From the NCBI GenBank assembly GCA_963734535.1, contig CAVTHS010000004.1, forward strand, positions 32,001 to 96,000: a stretch of DNA of 64,000 nucleotides, read 5' to 3'. Source of the DNA: an uncultured Chloroflexia bacterium (GTDB lineage: Bacteria > Chloroflexota > Limnocylindria > Limnocylindrales > CSP1-4). Every line of letters starts with the position of its first letter. The stretch's first letter is position 1. A program made the translations under genes and the position numbers. Of the stretch, positions 19,371-27,862 are shown one piece after another. A model generated the notes under the pieces. That model was not told the DNA's origin. It saw nothing but the letters and a program-made list of their open reading frames with translations, and did no database searches.

Positions 19371-20795
19371 CTAGCCGCCGGCGACGCTGCGGGTCGAGGC
19401 CTGCACGCCCACGCCGACGTAGGCGACGTCCCCGGGAAGGGCCAGCGCGCGGAGGCTGTTGCGTCCGTCGTAGATGGCCCGAAGATCGGGGAACCAGGCG
19501 GCGTCGAGCGCCGCGAAGGCGCGGTCCGCGGTCTGCGTCACGATGGCCCGGAATGGGCCGGGCTCGCCCCAGTGCCACGGCTCGGCACCGAGCGCCCGGA
19601 TCTCCTCGTCAGCGAGGAGCGGGTCGAACGCGGAGACGCGCGCCCCGGCTGCCCGCAGCGCGTCGATCACGGCGATCGCGCGGCTGTAGGCAAGCTCCTT
19701 CACGCCCTCGCGGTAGGTCATCCCGAGGACGAGAACGGGAGTCCCGGCGAGGCCGCCGACCAGCGGGTCGAGGGCGGCGAGCGCCCGGTCGACCTGGCCG
19801 TCGTTGACCCGGCGCGCGGTCTCGACAACGGAGAGGCCAGGGGCGCGGGCGAGGAGCAGGTGCGGGTAGACCGGGATGCAGTGCCCCCCGACGCCGATGC
19901 CGGGCTGGTGGATGTGGCTGTACGGCTGGCTGTTGGCGGCCGCGATCACCTCCTGCACGTCGATCCCGTGCAGGTCGGCGGCGCGGGCGAACTCGTTCGC
20001 CAGCGCGATGTTCACGTCGCGGTACGTCGTGTCGGCGAGCTTGGAGAACTCGGCCGCCTCGGAGCTGCTCATCGCCACGACCTCGGCGTCGAGCACGCTC
20101 GCATAGAAGCGCGCAGCCCGGTCCGTCGATGCCGCGCCGATCCCGCCCACGAGCTTCGGGTAGACGGCGAGATTCTCGAGGACGGCGCCCGAGAAGAGCC
20201 GTTCGGGCGAGAAGGCCACGAAGAAGTCGCGATCCGCGACCAGCCCGGACGCGGCTTCGAGCGCCGGGGCGAAGCGCTGACGCGTGTCGCCGAGGGGGAG
20301 CGTCGTCTCGAAGATCACGGTGCTCCCGGCGTGGACCCCGGGCGCGATCGAGGCGACCGCTGCATCCATGTACCGGTAGTCGGGCCGCTGCTCGGCGTCG
20401 AGCATCACGGGCACGATGAGCACGACCACGTCCGCCTCGCGCGCGGCCGCTGCCGCATCGAGGGTGGCGCGCAACAGGCCCTCGGCGTGGACCCGGCTCA
20501 CGAGCTCCGCGAGGCCGGGCTCGTCGCCGACGTGCGAGCGGCCGGCGTTGATCGTCGCGACGACATCGGGGTTGATGTCCACCGCGATGACCGACCAGCC
20601 GTGCGTCGCGAACTGCGCCGCGAGCGGCAGGCCCATCTTGCCGGCCCCGACCACCGCGACGATGCCCGCGGTCGCCTCCTCGCCGGTCCAGCGGTGGACG
20701 AGGTGTGCCGGGGCGTGGCGACACGGGTTCGGCGTGACGTGGATCGACCCGCCGAGCATCGACGCGCCGGCGGACGGGCGCCCGACGATGGTCAT
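19371..20795 (-). CDS. Nucleotide-sugar (UDP-HexNAc) 6-dehydrogenase, WbpA/WecC-like
   Basis: VVGAGKMGLP, FSPER, AEFSKL..TYRDVNIALANE, PGIGVGGHCIP. Confidence 0.9.
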   Translation of the reverse strand: MTIVGRPSAGASMLGGSIHVTPNPCRHAPAHLVHRWTGEEATAGIVAVVGAGKMGLPLAAQFATHGWSVIAVDINPDVVATINAGRSHVGDEPGLAELVSRVHAEGLLRATLDAAAAAREADVVVLIVPVMLDAEQRPDYRYMDAAVASIAPGVHAGSTVIFETTLPLGDTRQRFAPALEAASGLVADRDFFVAFSPERLFSGAVLENLAVYPKLVGGIGAASTDRAARFYASVLDAEVVAMSSSEAAEFSKLADTTYRDVNIALANEFARAADLHGIDVQEVIAAANSQPYSHIHQPGIGVGGHCIPVYPHLLLARAPGLSVVETARRVNDGQVDRALAALDPLVGGLAGTPVLVLGMTYREGVKELAYSRAIAVIDALRAAGARVSAFDPLLADEEIRALGAEPWHWGEPGPFRAIVTQTADRAFAALDAAWFPDLRAIYDGRNSLRALALPGDVAYVGVGVQASTRSVAGG

Positions 20796-21817
20796 TCGCC
20801 CAGCTTCCCGTCCGGCGGCAGGTCCACCGGGCGCCTCGTTGCGGCCGCGTCGAGGAGCGCGGTGGCCATCACCACCGCCCAGGCGCCATCCTCGCCGTCG
20901 ACATATGGGCGCTCCCCCGTCCTGACGGCCCGGACGAACGCGTCCAGCTGGGCGGCGAGCGGCTCGTGGGTCTCGACCGGGATCTCGGCGACGTCGCCGG
21001 CGAACGTCGGCGCGTAGCCGCCGAGAAGCTCGGGGTGCGCGAGGTCGGAGCGCGTGAAGGTCAGGCGCTGGGTCAGGTAATCGAGCTCGAACATGCCCTC
21101 TTCCCCGACGACGACCAGCTGGCGCCGCTTGGCGGGCGTGAGCCAGTTCACGTCGAGCATCCCGGCCGCCCCGGACGGGAAGTGGAGCAGGCCGAAGAGC
21201 AGGTCCTCGTGGGAGGCGTGCTTGCGCTTCGCGAGCTCCGCGTAGACGCGGGTTGGGCGCTCGCCCGCGATCCAGCACAGCATGTCCACGTCGTGGGTGG
21301 CGAGGTCCACCGTCACCCCGACGTCGCGGACGCGGGCGGGAAACGGGCCGGCGCGGCGGCTCGCGATCGAGTAGACCGTGGTCAGCCAGCGCGCGTGGAG
21401 GAGCCGCCCGAGCTCGAGGACCGCGGGGTTGTAGCGCTCCACGTGGCCCACCTGGACCGGGACGCCCGAGGCCCTGGCGGTGCGCACGATCCCGAGCGCC
21501 TCGGCCGGCGTTGCCGCCAGCGGCTTCTCGACGAGGATCGGGATGCCGCGCTCGATCGCCGCGAGCGCCAGCGCGACGTGGGCGGTCGTCGGCGCAGCGA
21601 TCACCAGCGCGTCGATCTCGGCCTCGTTGACCATCGCGATCGGGTCGCCCCAGCCCGCTGCGCCGGTCTGCCGGGTCGCCGCGCCGAGCATCTCGGGATC
21701 GGGGTCCCCTACCGCCACGAGCCGGCACTCCGGATGGGCGGCGATGACGCGGAGGTGGTTGCGGCCCATCGAGCCGAGGCCGGCCAGGGCGACGCGGAGC
21801 GGCGCGGGCGTGCTCAT
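20792..21817 (-). CDS. Gfo/Idh/MocA oxidoreductase, WbpB/WlbA-like
   Basis: GLGSMGRNH, LVEKPLA, GHVERYNP, DLATHD; pathway context. Confidence 0.88.
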   Translation of the reverse strand: MSTPAPLRVALAGLGSMGRNHLRVIAAHPECRLVAVGDPDPEMLGAATRQTGAAGWGDPIAMVNEAEIDALVIAAPTTAHVALALAAIERGIPILVEKPLAATPAEALGIVRTARASGVPVQVGHVERYNPAVLELGRLLHARWLTTVYSIASRRAGPFPARVRDVGVTVDLATHDVDMLCWIAGERPTRVYAELAKRKHASHEDLLFGLLHFPSGAAGMLDVNWLTPAKRRQLVVVGEEGMFELDYLTQRLTFTRSDLAHPELLGGYAPTFAGDVAEIPVETHEPLAAQLDAFVRAVRTGERPYVDGEDGAWAVVMATALLDAAATRRPVDLPPDGKLGE

Positions 21818-21845
21818 CGGCGCCGGGCCGGCTCGGTCATCGTCT

Positions 21846-22943
21846 TCATCGCCCCGCGCCCGGAGTTGCCACCGCGCGGATCGCGGCCACGATCGCCTCG
21901 AGATCCTCCTGGGACAGCCGCGGGTGGACCGGGACGGCGAGCACCTCGTCGGAGAGCCGGTCCGTGACCGGCAGCGGCAGGTCCGCGGCGCCGGGAAGGT
22001 AGGCCTGGAGGTAGGCCTGGCGATGGATCGGAACCGGGTAGTAGATGAGGGTGCCGATGCCGCGCTCGGCGAGGCCGTCGATCACCTGCTGGCGCTCCCC
22101 CGGGAAGCGCATCACGTACTGGTGCCAGACGTGGCCGCGACCGGCGGGCTCGGTCGGGACCAGGTAGTCGGCGCCCAGGTGCTCGGTCAGGAAGGCGGCG
22201 TTCCGGCGGCGCTGCTCGGTGCGCTCGTCGAGCCGGCCCAGCTGGGCGAGCCCGAGCGCCGCGGCGAGGTCGGTGGGCTTGAAGTTCGTGCCCAGCGCTT
22301 CGTGGTGGTAGCGGACCCGCATGCCGTGGTTGCGGAAGAGACGCAGGCGATCGGCCACCTCGTCGTCGTCGGTCGTCGCGAAGCCGCCCTCGCCCGTCAT
22401 CAGGTTCTTGGTGGCATACAGGCTGAACATGGCGGCGCCGAACCGGCCCGCGCGCTTCCCGCCGTACGTCGCGCCGTGCGCCTGGGCCGCGTCCTCGACG
22501 AGCTGCAGGCCGTGGCGCACCGCGATCGCCGCAAGCGGGTCCATGTCCGCCATGAGGCCGTACAGGTGGACCGGCAGGATCGCCTTCGTGCGCGGCGTGA
22601 TCGCGGCTTCCACGAGCGCGGGGTCCATGCAGAAGTCGTCCGAGCGGATGTCGATGAGGACCGGCGTCGCGCCGACGCGGAGGATGGCGCTGACCGTCGC
22701 GTTGAAGCTGAAGGAGACCGTGATCACCTCGTCGCCGGGGCCGATCCCGAGCGCGTGGAGGATCGCCTCGAGGGCAACGGTGCCGTTGGTCATCAGGATC
22801 GCATGCCCCACGCCGCAATAGGCGGCCCAAGCCTCCTCGAAGGCGGCGGTCCGCTTCCCCATCGCGAGCATGCCGGAGCGCAGGACCTCGAGGACGGCCT
22901 CCTCTTCGGCGGGGCCGATGTCGGGGCGGGAGATCGGGATCAC
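21846..22943 (-). CDS. DegT/DnrJ/EryC1/StrS sugar aminotransferase, WbpE/WlbC-like
   Basis: GTG at 22943; NGTVAL, PVHLYG, EDAAQAHG, SLYATKNLMTGEGG (PLP lysine). Confidence 0.93.
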   Translation of the reverse strand: MIPISRPDIGPAEEEAVLEVLRSGMLAMGKRTAAFEEAWAAYCGVGHAILMTNGTVALEAILHALGIGPGDEVITVSFSFNATVSAILRVGATPVLIDIRSDDFCMDPALVEAAITPRTKAILPVHLYGLMADMDPLAAIAVRHGLQLVEDAAQAHGATYGGKRAGRFGAAMFSLYATKNLMTGEGGFATTDDDEVADRLRLFRNHGMRVRYHHEALGTNFKPTDLAAALGLAQLGRLDERTEQRRRNAAFLTEHLGADYLVPTEPAGRGHVWHQYVMRFPGERQQVIDGLAERGIGTLIYYPVPIHRQAYLQAYLPGAADLPLPVTDRLSDEVLAVPVHPRLSQEDLEAIVAAIRAVATPGAGR

Positions 22944-23581
22944 AGGACGGCTTCCTCCGGTACGGCGACGCAGGAGTCCCGGTCGATCCGGAAGCGGGTC
23001 CCGCAGGACGGGCAGGCGGCGTCGCCCACGAGATCGCCGGGCGCCGGCAGGTCCCCCGCGGCGCGGAGGCGCTGGCCGCAGAAGCAGACCCAGCCCATGC
23101 GCCGGGCCGGGTTGCCGGCCACGAGGGCATGATCGGGCACGTCGCGGGTGACGACCGCGCCCGCGCCGACGGTGGCGAACGTGCCGACCACGGTCCCCGC
23201 CACGACCACGGCCCCCGCCCCGATCGAGCATCCCCGCCGCAGCAGGATCGGGCTGACGGTCCAGTCGTCCGCGCGGGCCAGCTCGCCGGATCGCGTGATC
23301 GCGCGCGGGAAGCGGTCGTTGGTGAGGATCGCGTTCGGGCCGATGAAGACGCCATCCTCGACGCTCACGCCGTGGTAGATGAGCGCAGCGTTCTGGATCT
23401 TGACGCGGTCGCCGATCGTGACTCCCTCGTCGATGAACGCGTCGCGCCCGATGATGCACTCGGCGCCGATGCGCGCCCCGGTGCGGACCTGGGCCCGGTG
23501 CCAGACGCTGGAGCCGGCACCGACGCGGACGCCGGGCTCGAGGTCCGCGGTCGGATGAATTCGGGCAGAGGGATCGATCAC
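22940..23581 (-). CDS. Hexapeptide-repeat N-acetyltransferase, WbpD/WlbB-like
   Basis: VKIQN..IYHGV.VEDGVFIGP, FPRA, AGNPAR..GWVC.CG and a C-terminal Zn-ribbon-like CPSC. Confidence 0.92.
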   Translation of the reverse strand: MIDPSARIHPTADLEPGVRVGAGSSVWHRAQVRTGARIGAECIIGRDAFIDEGVTIGDRVKIQNAALIYHGVSVEDGVFIGPNAILTNDRFPRAITRSGELARADDWTVSPILLRRGCSIGAGAVVVAGTVVGTFATVGAGAVVTRDVPDHALVAGNPARRMGWVCFCGQRLRAAGDLPAPGDLVGDAACPSCGTRFRIDRDSCVAVPEEAVL

Positions 23582-23655
23582 GTGCGGTCTGCGGCCTCCT
23601 GTCGGGTCGCGCAGGCGCGGGGCGAACGGATGATCGCGCGCGGACCGGGGTGTTG

Positions 23656-23661
23656 AGTATA
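23656..23661 (-). promoter_or_regulatory. Putative sigma70 -10 box for the Wbp/GT4 operon
   Basis: TATACT on the minus strand about 75 nt upstream of the acetyltransferase start. Confidence 0.45.
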
Positions 23662-23677
23662 CAGGCGGGACCGGCGG

Positions 23678-24292
23678 TCACGCCTTGTGACGGGCAACCC
23701 GGAACACGGCGGCCAGCGCCCCGAACACGGCGGCGAGGGCGAGCGCGCCGCGCCAGTCGAGGAGAACCTTCGGGTTGCCGTCGACCCGGCGCGCGAGGAC
23801 GAAGCCGATCGCCGTGGTCGGGCCGACCTGCACCTGGTTGGCTACGACAGACCGGACGATGGACTGCTCGATGCGCACGTCCTGCGCGAGGACCGATCGC
23901 ACCACGCCCTGGGAGACGCTCGCCTCGCGCGCGGCGATGCCACCCACGAAACCCATCTCCACGGACGCATGGTCTCCGGCGATCCCGCCGACGACGCCGC
24001 TGCGGACGTGGACATCCTGCGCACGAATTCCGCCGACGGCGCCGCGCGCGAGCTCGACCGCAGCCGGCATCGGCGGAACGAGCGGGGCCCGCTTCGATGC
24101 AAGGGACGCCCGGGTTTCGGCCGCGGGCGTCGTGCCGGCCTCAGCCACGCCGGGCGCTGGCGCGTCGGCGGCGGGCGTTGGGGACGTGGGCGCGTCGGAC
24201 GCCGGCGCGTCGGGCGCTGATGCGGCGTGCGCGGAGCGTCGGCCGCGCCTCGGCGGGATGTCGCCGGGTGCGAGGATGGGCTCGTCGGTCAT
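23678..24292 (-). CDS. Hypothetical protein with 15-aa beta-solenoid-like repeats and C-terminal TM helix
   Basis: GAGGAG RBS; five 15-residue repeats; hydrophobic C-terminus. Confidence 0.75.
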   Translation of the reverse strand: MTDEPILAPGDIPPRRGRRSAHAASAPDAPASDAPTSPTPAADAPAPGVAEAGTTPAAETRASLASKRAPLVPPMPAAVELARGAVGGIRAQDVHVRSGVVGGIAGDHASVEMGFVGGIAAREASVSQGVVRSVLAQDVRIEQSIVRSVVANQVQVGPTTAIGFVLARRVDGNPKVLLDWRGALALAAVFGALAAVFRVARHKA

Positions 24293-24390
24293 CGGATTCT
24301 CCTCGCCGAGCGCCAGCAGCGCCGAATGCGCCCGGTCCCCACCAGCCTACTGCGACGGCCGCCTGTCCGGCGGGGTATCCTGCCGACCGC

Positions 24391-25599
24391 ATGCGTGGAC
24401 GAACCGTCGGCCTGATCCTCACGGGCGTCGTGGCTGCGGTCGCCATGGCCGCCGCGGCCCTGGCCGGGCCGGCGCCCCTGAACCCCGCCATGCCTGGAGG
24501 GACGGCATCCATCGGCGCCCCAACGTCCGCGGCAGCATCGCCGACCGCCGGCCCGGCCGCAGCGGCCTCGAGCTCCCCGTCAGTGAGCCCGCTGGCCCCT
24601 CCGTCCCCGAGCGTGGCCCCGAGCCCGGCGCCGGCCCTGGTGCCCGCCCCGCTGACCGGGCGGATGGTCACACCCGCGCTCGCCGCACGCCATCCGATCG
24701 CCGTCATGGTCGACGACCACGCGGACGCACGGCCGCAGTCGGGCTTCAACGCGGCCTCGGTCGTCTGGCAGGCGCCGGCCGAAGGCGGCATTCCGCGCTA
24801 CATGCTGATCTTCGGCGAGGGCGACCCACCGGCGGTCGGGCCTGTCCGCAGCTCGCGCCTCTACTTCATCACCTGGGCCGCCGAATGGCACGCGCTCTAC
24901 GTCCACGTCGGCGGCTCGCCCCAGGCCCTGGCGACGCTCGCCGCGTCCGGTTCCGGCCAGCTCGTCTACAACGCCGACGAGTTCCGCTGGGGCGGAACCT
25001 ACCTGTGGCGGATCACGCAGCGGTTCCCGCCCCACAACGTGTACACGGACGGGAAGCATCTCCGCGCCCTCGCCAGCCGGGTCGGGGCCACGGCGCCCGC
25101 GGCCGGGCCCGCGTGGATCTTCGCTCCGGGAGCGCCCCTCGCCGAGCGTCCCGCCGACGCCCGCCTGGAGATCACGTACCCGGCCAGCCAGGTGGCCTAT
25201 CGCTACGATCGCGCCTCGAACACGTACCTCCGCTTCGTTGGCGGGCAGCCGCAGGTCGACGCCGGTGATGGGCGCCAGGTCGCCCCGGCGAACGTCGTCG
25301 TGATGACGGTGGTCTTCGGGCCGCTCAACGACGGAAACCCGAGCAAGCAGCGCCTGGAAGCCCAGGTCGTCGGCAAGGGGCCCGCCTGGATCGCCGCCAA
25401 CGGCATCACGATCCGCGGCACCTGGCGCAAGGCATCGAACGACGGCCCCACCCGCTTCTACGGGAGCGACGGGAAGGAGGTCACCCTCACCGTCGGCCAG
25501 ACGTTCATCCAGGTCGTGCCCCCCGGCACACCCGTCCGCATCGTCGCGGGCACTCGCGTCATCGAGACCCCGCCCGGGACCGGACACGCCCGCACCTAG
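24391..25599 (+). CDS. DUF3048 family secreted protein
   Basis: Signal/TM, P/S/A linker, PLTG, AVMVDD..ARPQSG, EGGIPRY, GPVRSSR, PHNVY. Confidence 0.88.
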   Translation: MRGRTVGLILTGVVAAVAMAAAALAGPAPLNPAMPGGTASIGAPTSAAASPTAGPAAAASSSPSVSPLAPPSPSVAPSPAPALVPAPLTGRMVTPALAARHPIAVMVDDHADARPQSGFNAASVVWQAPAEGGIPRYMLIFGEGDPPAVGPVRSSRLYFITWAAEWHALYVHVGGSPQALATLAASGSGQLVYNADEFRWGGTYLWRITQRFPPHNVYTDGKHLRALASRVGATAPAAGPAWIFAPGAPLAERPADARLEITYPASQVAYRYDRASNTYLRFVGGQPQVDAGDGRQVAPANVVVMTVVFGPLNDGNPSKQRLEAQVVGKGPAWIAANGITIRGTWRKASNDGPTRFYGSDGKEVTLTVGQTFIQVVPPGTPVRIVAGTRVIETPPGTGHART

Positions 25600-26885
25600 G
25601 CCTGGGAGCGACGCACCACCGCGGCCGCGTAGGCCTCCCGCGTTCCCCGCGCCACGTCCGCCCACGTGCGCCGCCCCGGGGCCGCGCGCTCGGCTGCGGC
25701 GGCGGCGATGGCGTGATGCACGCGCTCCTCGGTCCACGCCGCCCGCAGCGCCGAGGCCAGCCGGTCCGGGTCGCGCGGGGGCACGAGGAGACCGGCCGAT
25801 CCGACCGCCTCCGGCACCGCTCCGACCGCGCTCCCGACGATCGGCGTCCCGGTCGCGAGCGCGTCGAGGACCGGCAGCGCGGTCGCGTCCGCGAGCACCG
25901 GGTGGAGCGATGCTCGAGCGCCCGAGCGCAGCAGCGCGGCCCGCTCCGGGGCGAGGCCAGGAGCGAAGGCGAGCACATCGCCGATGCCCGCCTCGTACGC
26001 CTGGCGGGCGAGCGACGCGCGGTCATCGGGCGAGGCACCGAGCACGAGCACGCGCGGCGGCCACGCCACCGCCCGTGCGAGCCGGGCCGGCCGGCCGGCG
26101 GAGGCGAGGCGCCCGAGCGCCGCGAGCAACGTGCCGACGTCCTGCCGCGCGTCGTAGCGGCCCGGGTAGACGAAGTACCGCTCCGGCAGGCCGAACCGCT
26201 CACGCTCGGCGGCGAGGCGCGCCCGGGTCGCGTCGCCCTCCGGCGTGCCGGCGGCTTCCTGCGGGCGGAGCGCATCGTCGCCGGCGAGCGGCACGATGCG
26301 CACGTGCGCCGGACGCAGGCGGAGGAGGCGGACCGCCGCACCCGCCACCGCCTCGCTGCCCACCACCACGCAGGCCGCATCGCGCAGGAGCTGTGCCCGG
26401 AGCCGCTGCCCGAACCGGGCGGCCGGGGTCCGCTGGTACTGCTCCGGCAGCTCCCACGACGCGAGGTCGAGGAGCGTCGCGACCACCGGCAGGCCGGGGC
26501 CGATCGGGAGCGCCCCCGCGACGGCATGGGCGACTGTCCCGACGGCACCCGATGACGTGGCACCGCGACCCGCTCCCAGGCCGGCCCCGCGGACGAAGAA
26601 CGGGTCGAGCGTCAGCGCTCCCGAACGGAAGATCCGCGTCGGCGGGAGCCGGCGCCGGCCGGCGACCGCGAGGCCGGGGAACTCGGCGGTCGGATCCGCG
26701 GCCCCGAGGTCCAGGAGCGCCACGAATGACTCGCCGGCCAACGGCGTCGCGGCGTAGGCAGCCAGCAACCGTCGAAGGTACGCCGCGGTGACCGGTGCGC
26801 GGTCGGGATCCTGGAGCGGCCGGACGTCGATCAGGACGCGGGTGCCCGCCGGGTCCGCCGGGGCGGGGCCATCGCCCAGCCTCAT
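25596..26885 (-). CDS. Glycosyltransferase family 4 (group 1) protein, divergent
   Basis: IDVRPLQ, YFVYPGRYDARQD, LPVLDALATGTP..GAVPEAVG; ATGA overlap with upstream gene. Confidence 0.8.
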   Translation of the reverse strand: MRLGDGPAPADPAGTRVLIDVRPLQDPDRAPVTAAYLRRLLAAYAATPLAGESFVALLDLGAADPTAEFPGLAVAGRRRLPPTRIFRSGALTLDPFFVRGAGLGAGRGATSSGAVGTVAHAVAGALPIGPGLPVVATLLDLASWELPEQYQRTPAARFGQRLRAQLLRDAACVVVGSEAVAGAAVRLLRLRPAHVRIVPLAGDDALRPQEAAGTPEGDATRARLAAERERFGLPERYFVYPGRYDARQDVGTLLAALGRLASAGRPARLARAVAWPPRVLVLGASPDDRASLARQAYEAGIGDVLAFAPGLAPERAALLRSGARASLHPVLADATALPVLDALATGTPIVGSAVGAVPEAVGSAGLLVPPRDPDRLASALRAAWTEERVHHAIAAAAAERAAPGRRTWADVARGTREAYAAAVVRRSQA

Positions 26886-27725
26886 GGCGCGCGCCGGGGA
26901 CCCCGGCCCCTGATCTCGTCGAAGCGGAGCTGGCAGACCACCACCAGCGCCTCGACGACGATGCGACGGCTCATCTTGGACTGGCCGACACGCCGGTCGC
27001 GGAACGTGATCGGGACCTCGCGGATTCGGGCGCCCAGGCGGTTCGCGCGGTAGGTCATCTCGATCTGGAAGACATAGCCGCCCGCGTGGACGCCGTCGAA
27101 ATCGATGGCCGACAGGGCTCCCGCCCGCCATGCCTTGAAGCCCCCGGTGAGGTCACGGGCCGGCAGGCCGAGCACGAGACGGGCGAACAGGCTGCCGCCC
27201 CGGCTGATCACGCGGCGTGCGATTCCCCAGTCGACGACGCCGCCGCCGGGGGTGTACCGCGAGCCGATGACGAGGTCCGCCGAGCCCTCGACGACCGGCG
27301 CGAGGAGACCCGGCAGCGCGGCCGGGTCGTGGGACCAGTCGGCGTCCATCTGGAGCACCGCCGTCGCGCCGCTCTGGAGCGCGACGCGGAACCCGGCAAG
27401 GTAGGCCCGGCCCAGGCCGGCCTTCGCGGTCCGGTGGAGAACCCGAACGCGGGCGTCGGCCTCGCGCGAGCCGGTCCGCCATCTCCCCCGTTCCGTCCGG
27501 CGACCCGTCGTCGACGACGAGGAGCGTCGCGTCCGGGAGCGCGCCGAGGATCGCCGCTGCGATCGAGTCGAGGTTCTCCGCCTCGTCGTACGTGGGGAGG
27601 ATGATCCACGGCCCGGGCCGGGCCTCCGACGTCGCCGATCCGGACGCGGCCGGTGCCGATCCGGACACCGTCGATCCCGATCCCGGCATCGCCGGCGGCA
27701 CGGTGAGCGACTCGGCTTCCATCAT
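26882..27725 (-). CDS. Polyprenol monophosphomannose synthase (GT2; apparent frameshift near 27460)
   Basis: IILPTYDEAENL..VVDDGSPDGTG in one frame; QMDADWSHDP, GSRY, DLTGGFKAWR, GYVFQIE, EVPITFRDR..G.SKMS in the next. Confidence 0.88.
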
Positions 27726-27756
27726 GGGCGCAGTGTAGGCGAGCCGGCCCCGCCGG

Positions 27757-27822
27757 CGGACGTGACCCTCTCGATGCCGCCGGACGTGACCCAATGCCGG
27801 ACGCGACGCCGCCGGACGTGAC
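27757..27822. repeat. Four intergenic direct repeats CGGACG(T/C)GAC
   Basis: Copies start at 27757, 27781, 27798 and 27813. Confidence 0.7.
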
Positions 27823-27862
27823 GCCAGGGGTGCCGCGCGCCTGGCACGGCCTGGCAGCACGG

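Noticed and set aside
27757-27822. Repeat cluster as a mini-CRISPR
   Set aside because: Repeats are only 10 bp with irregular 5-14 nt gaps, and no cas genes are present.
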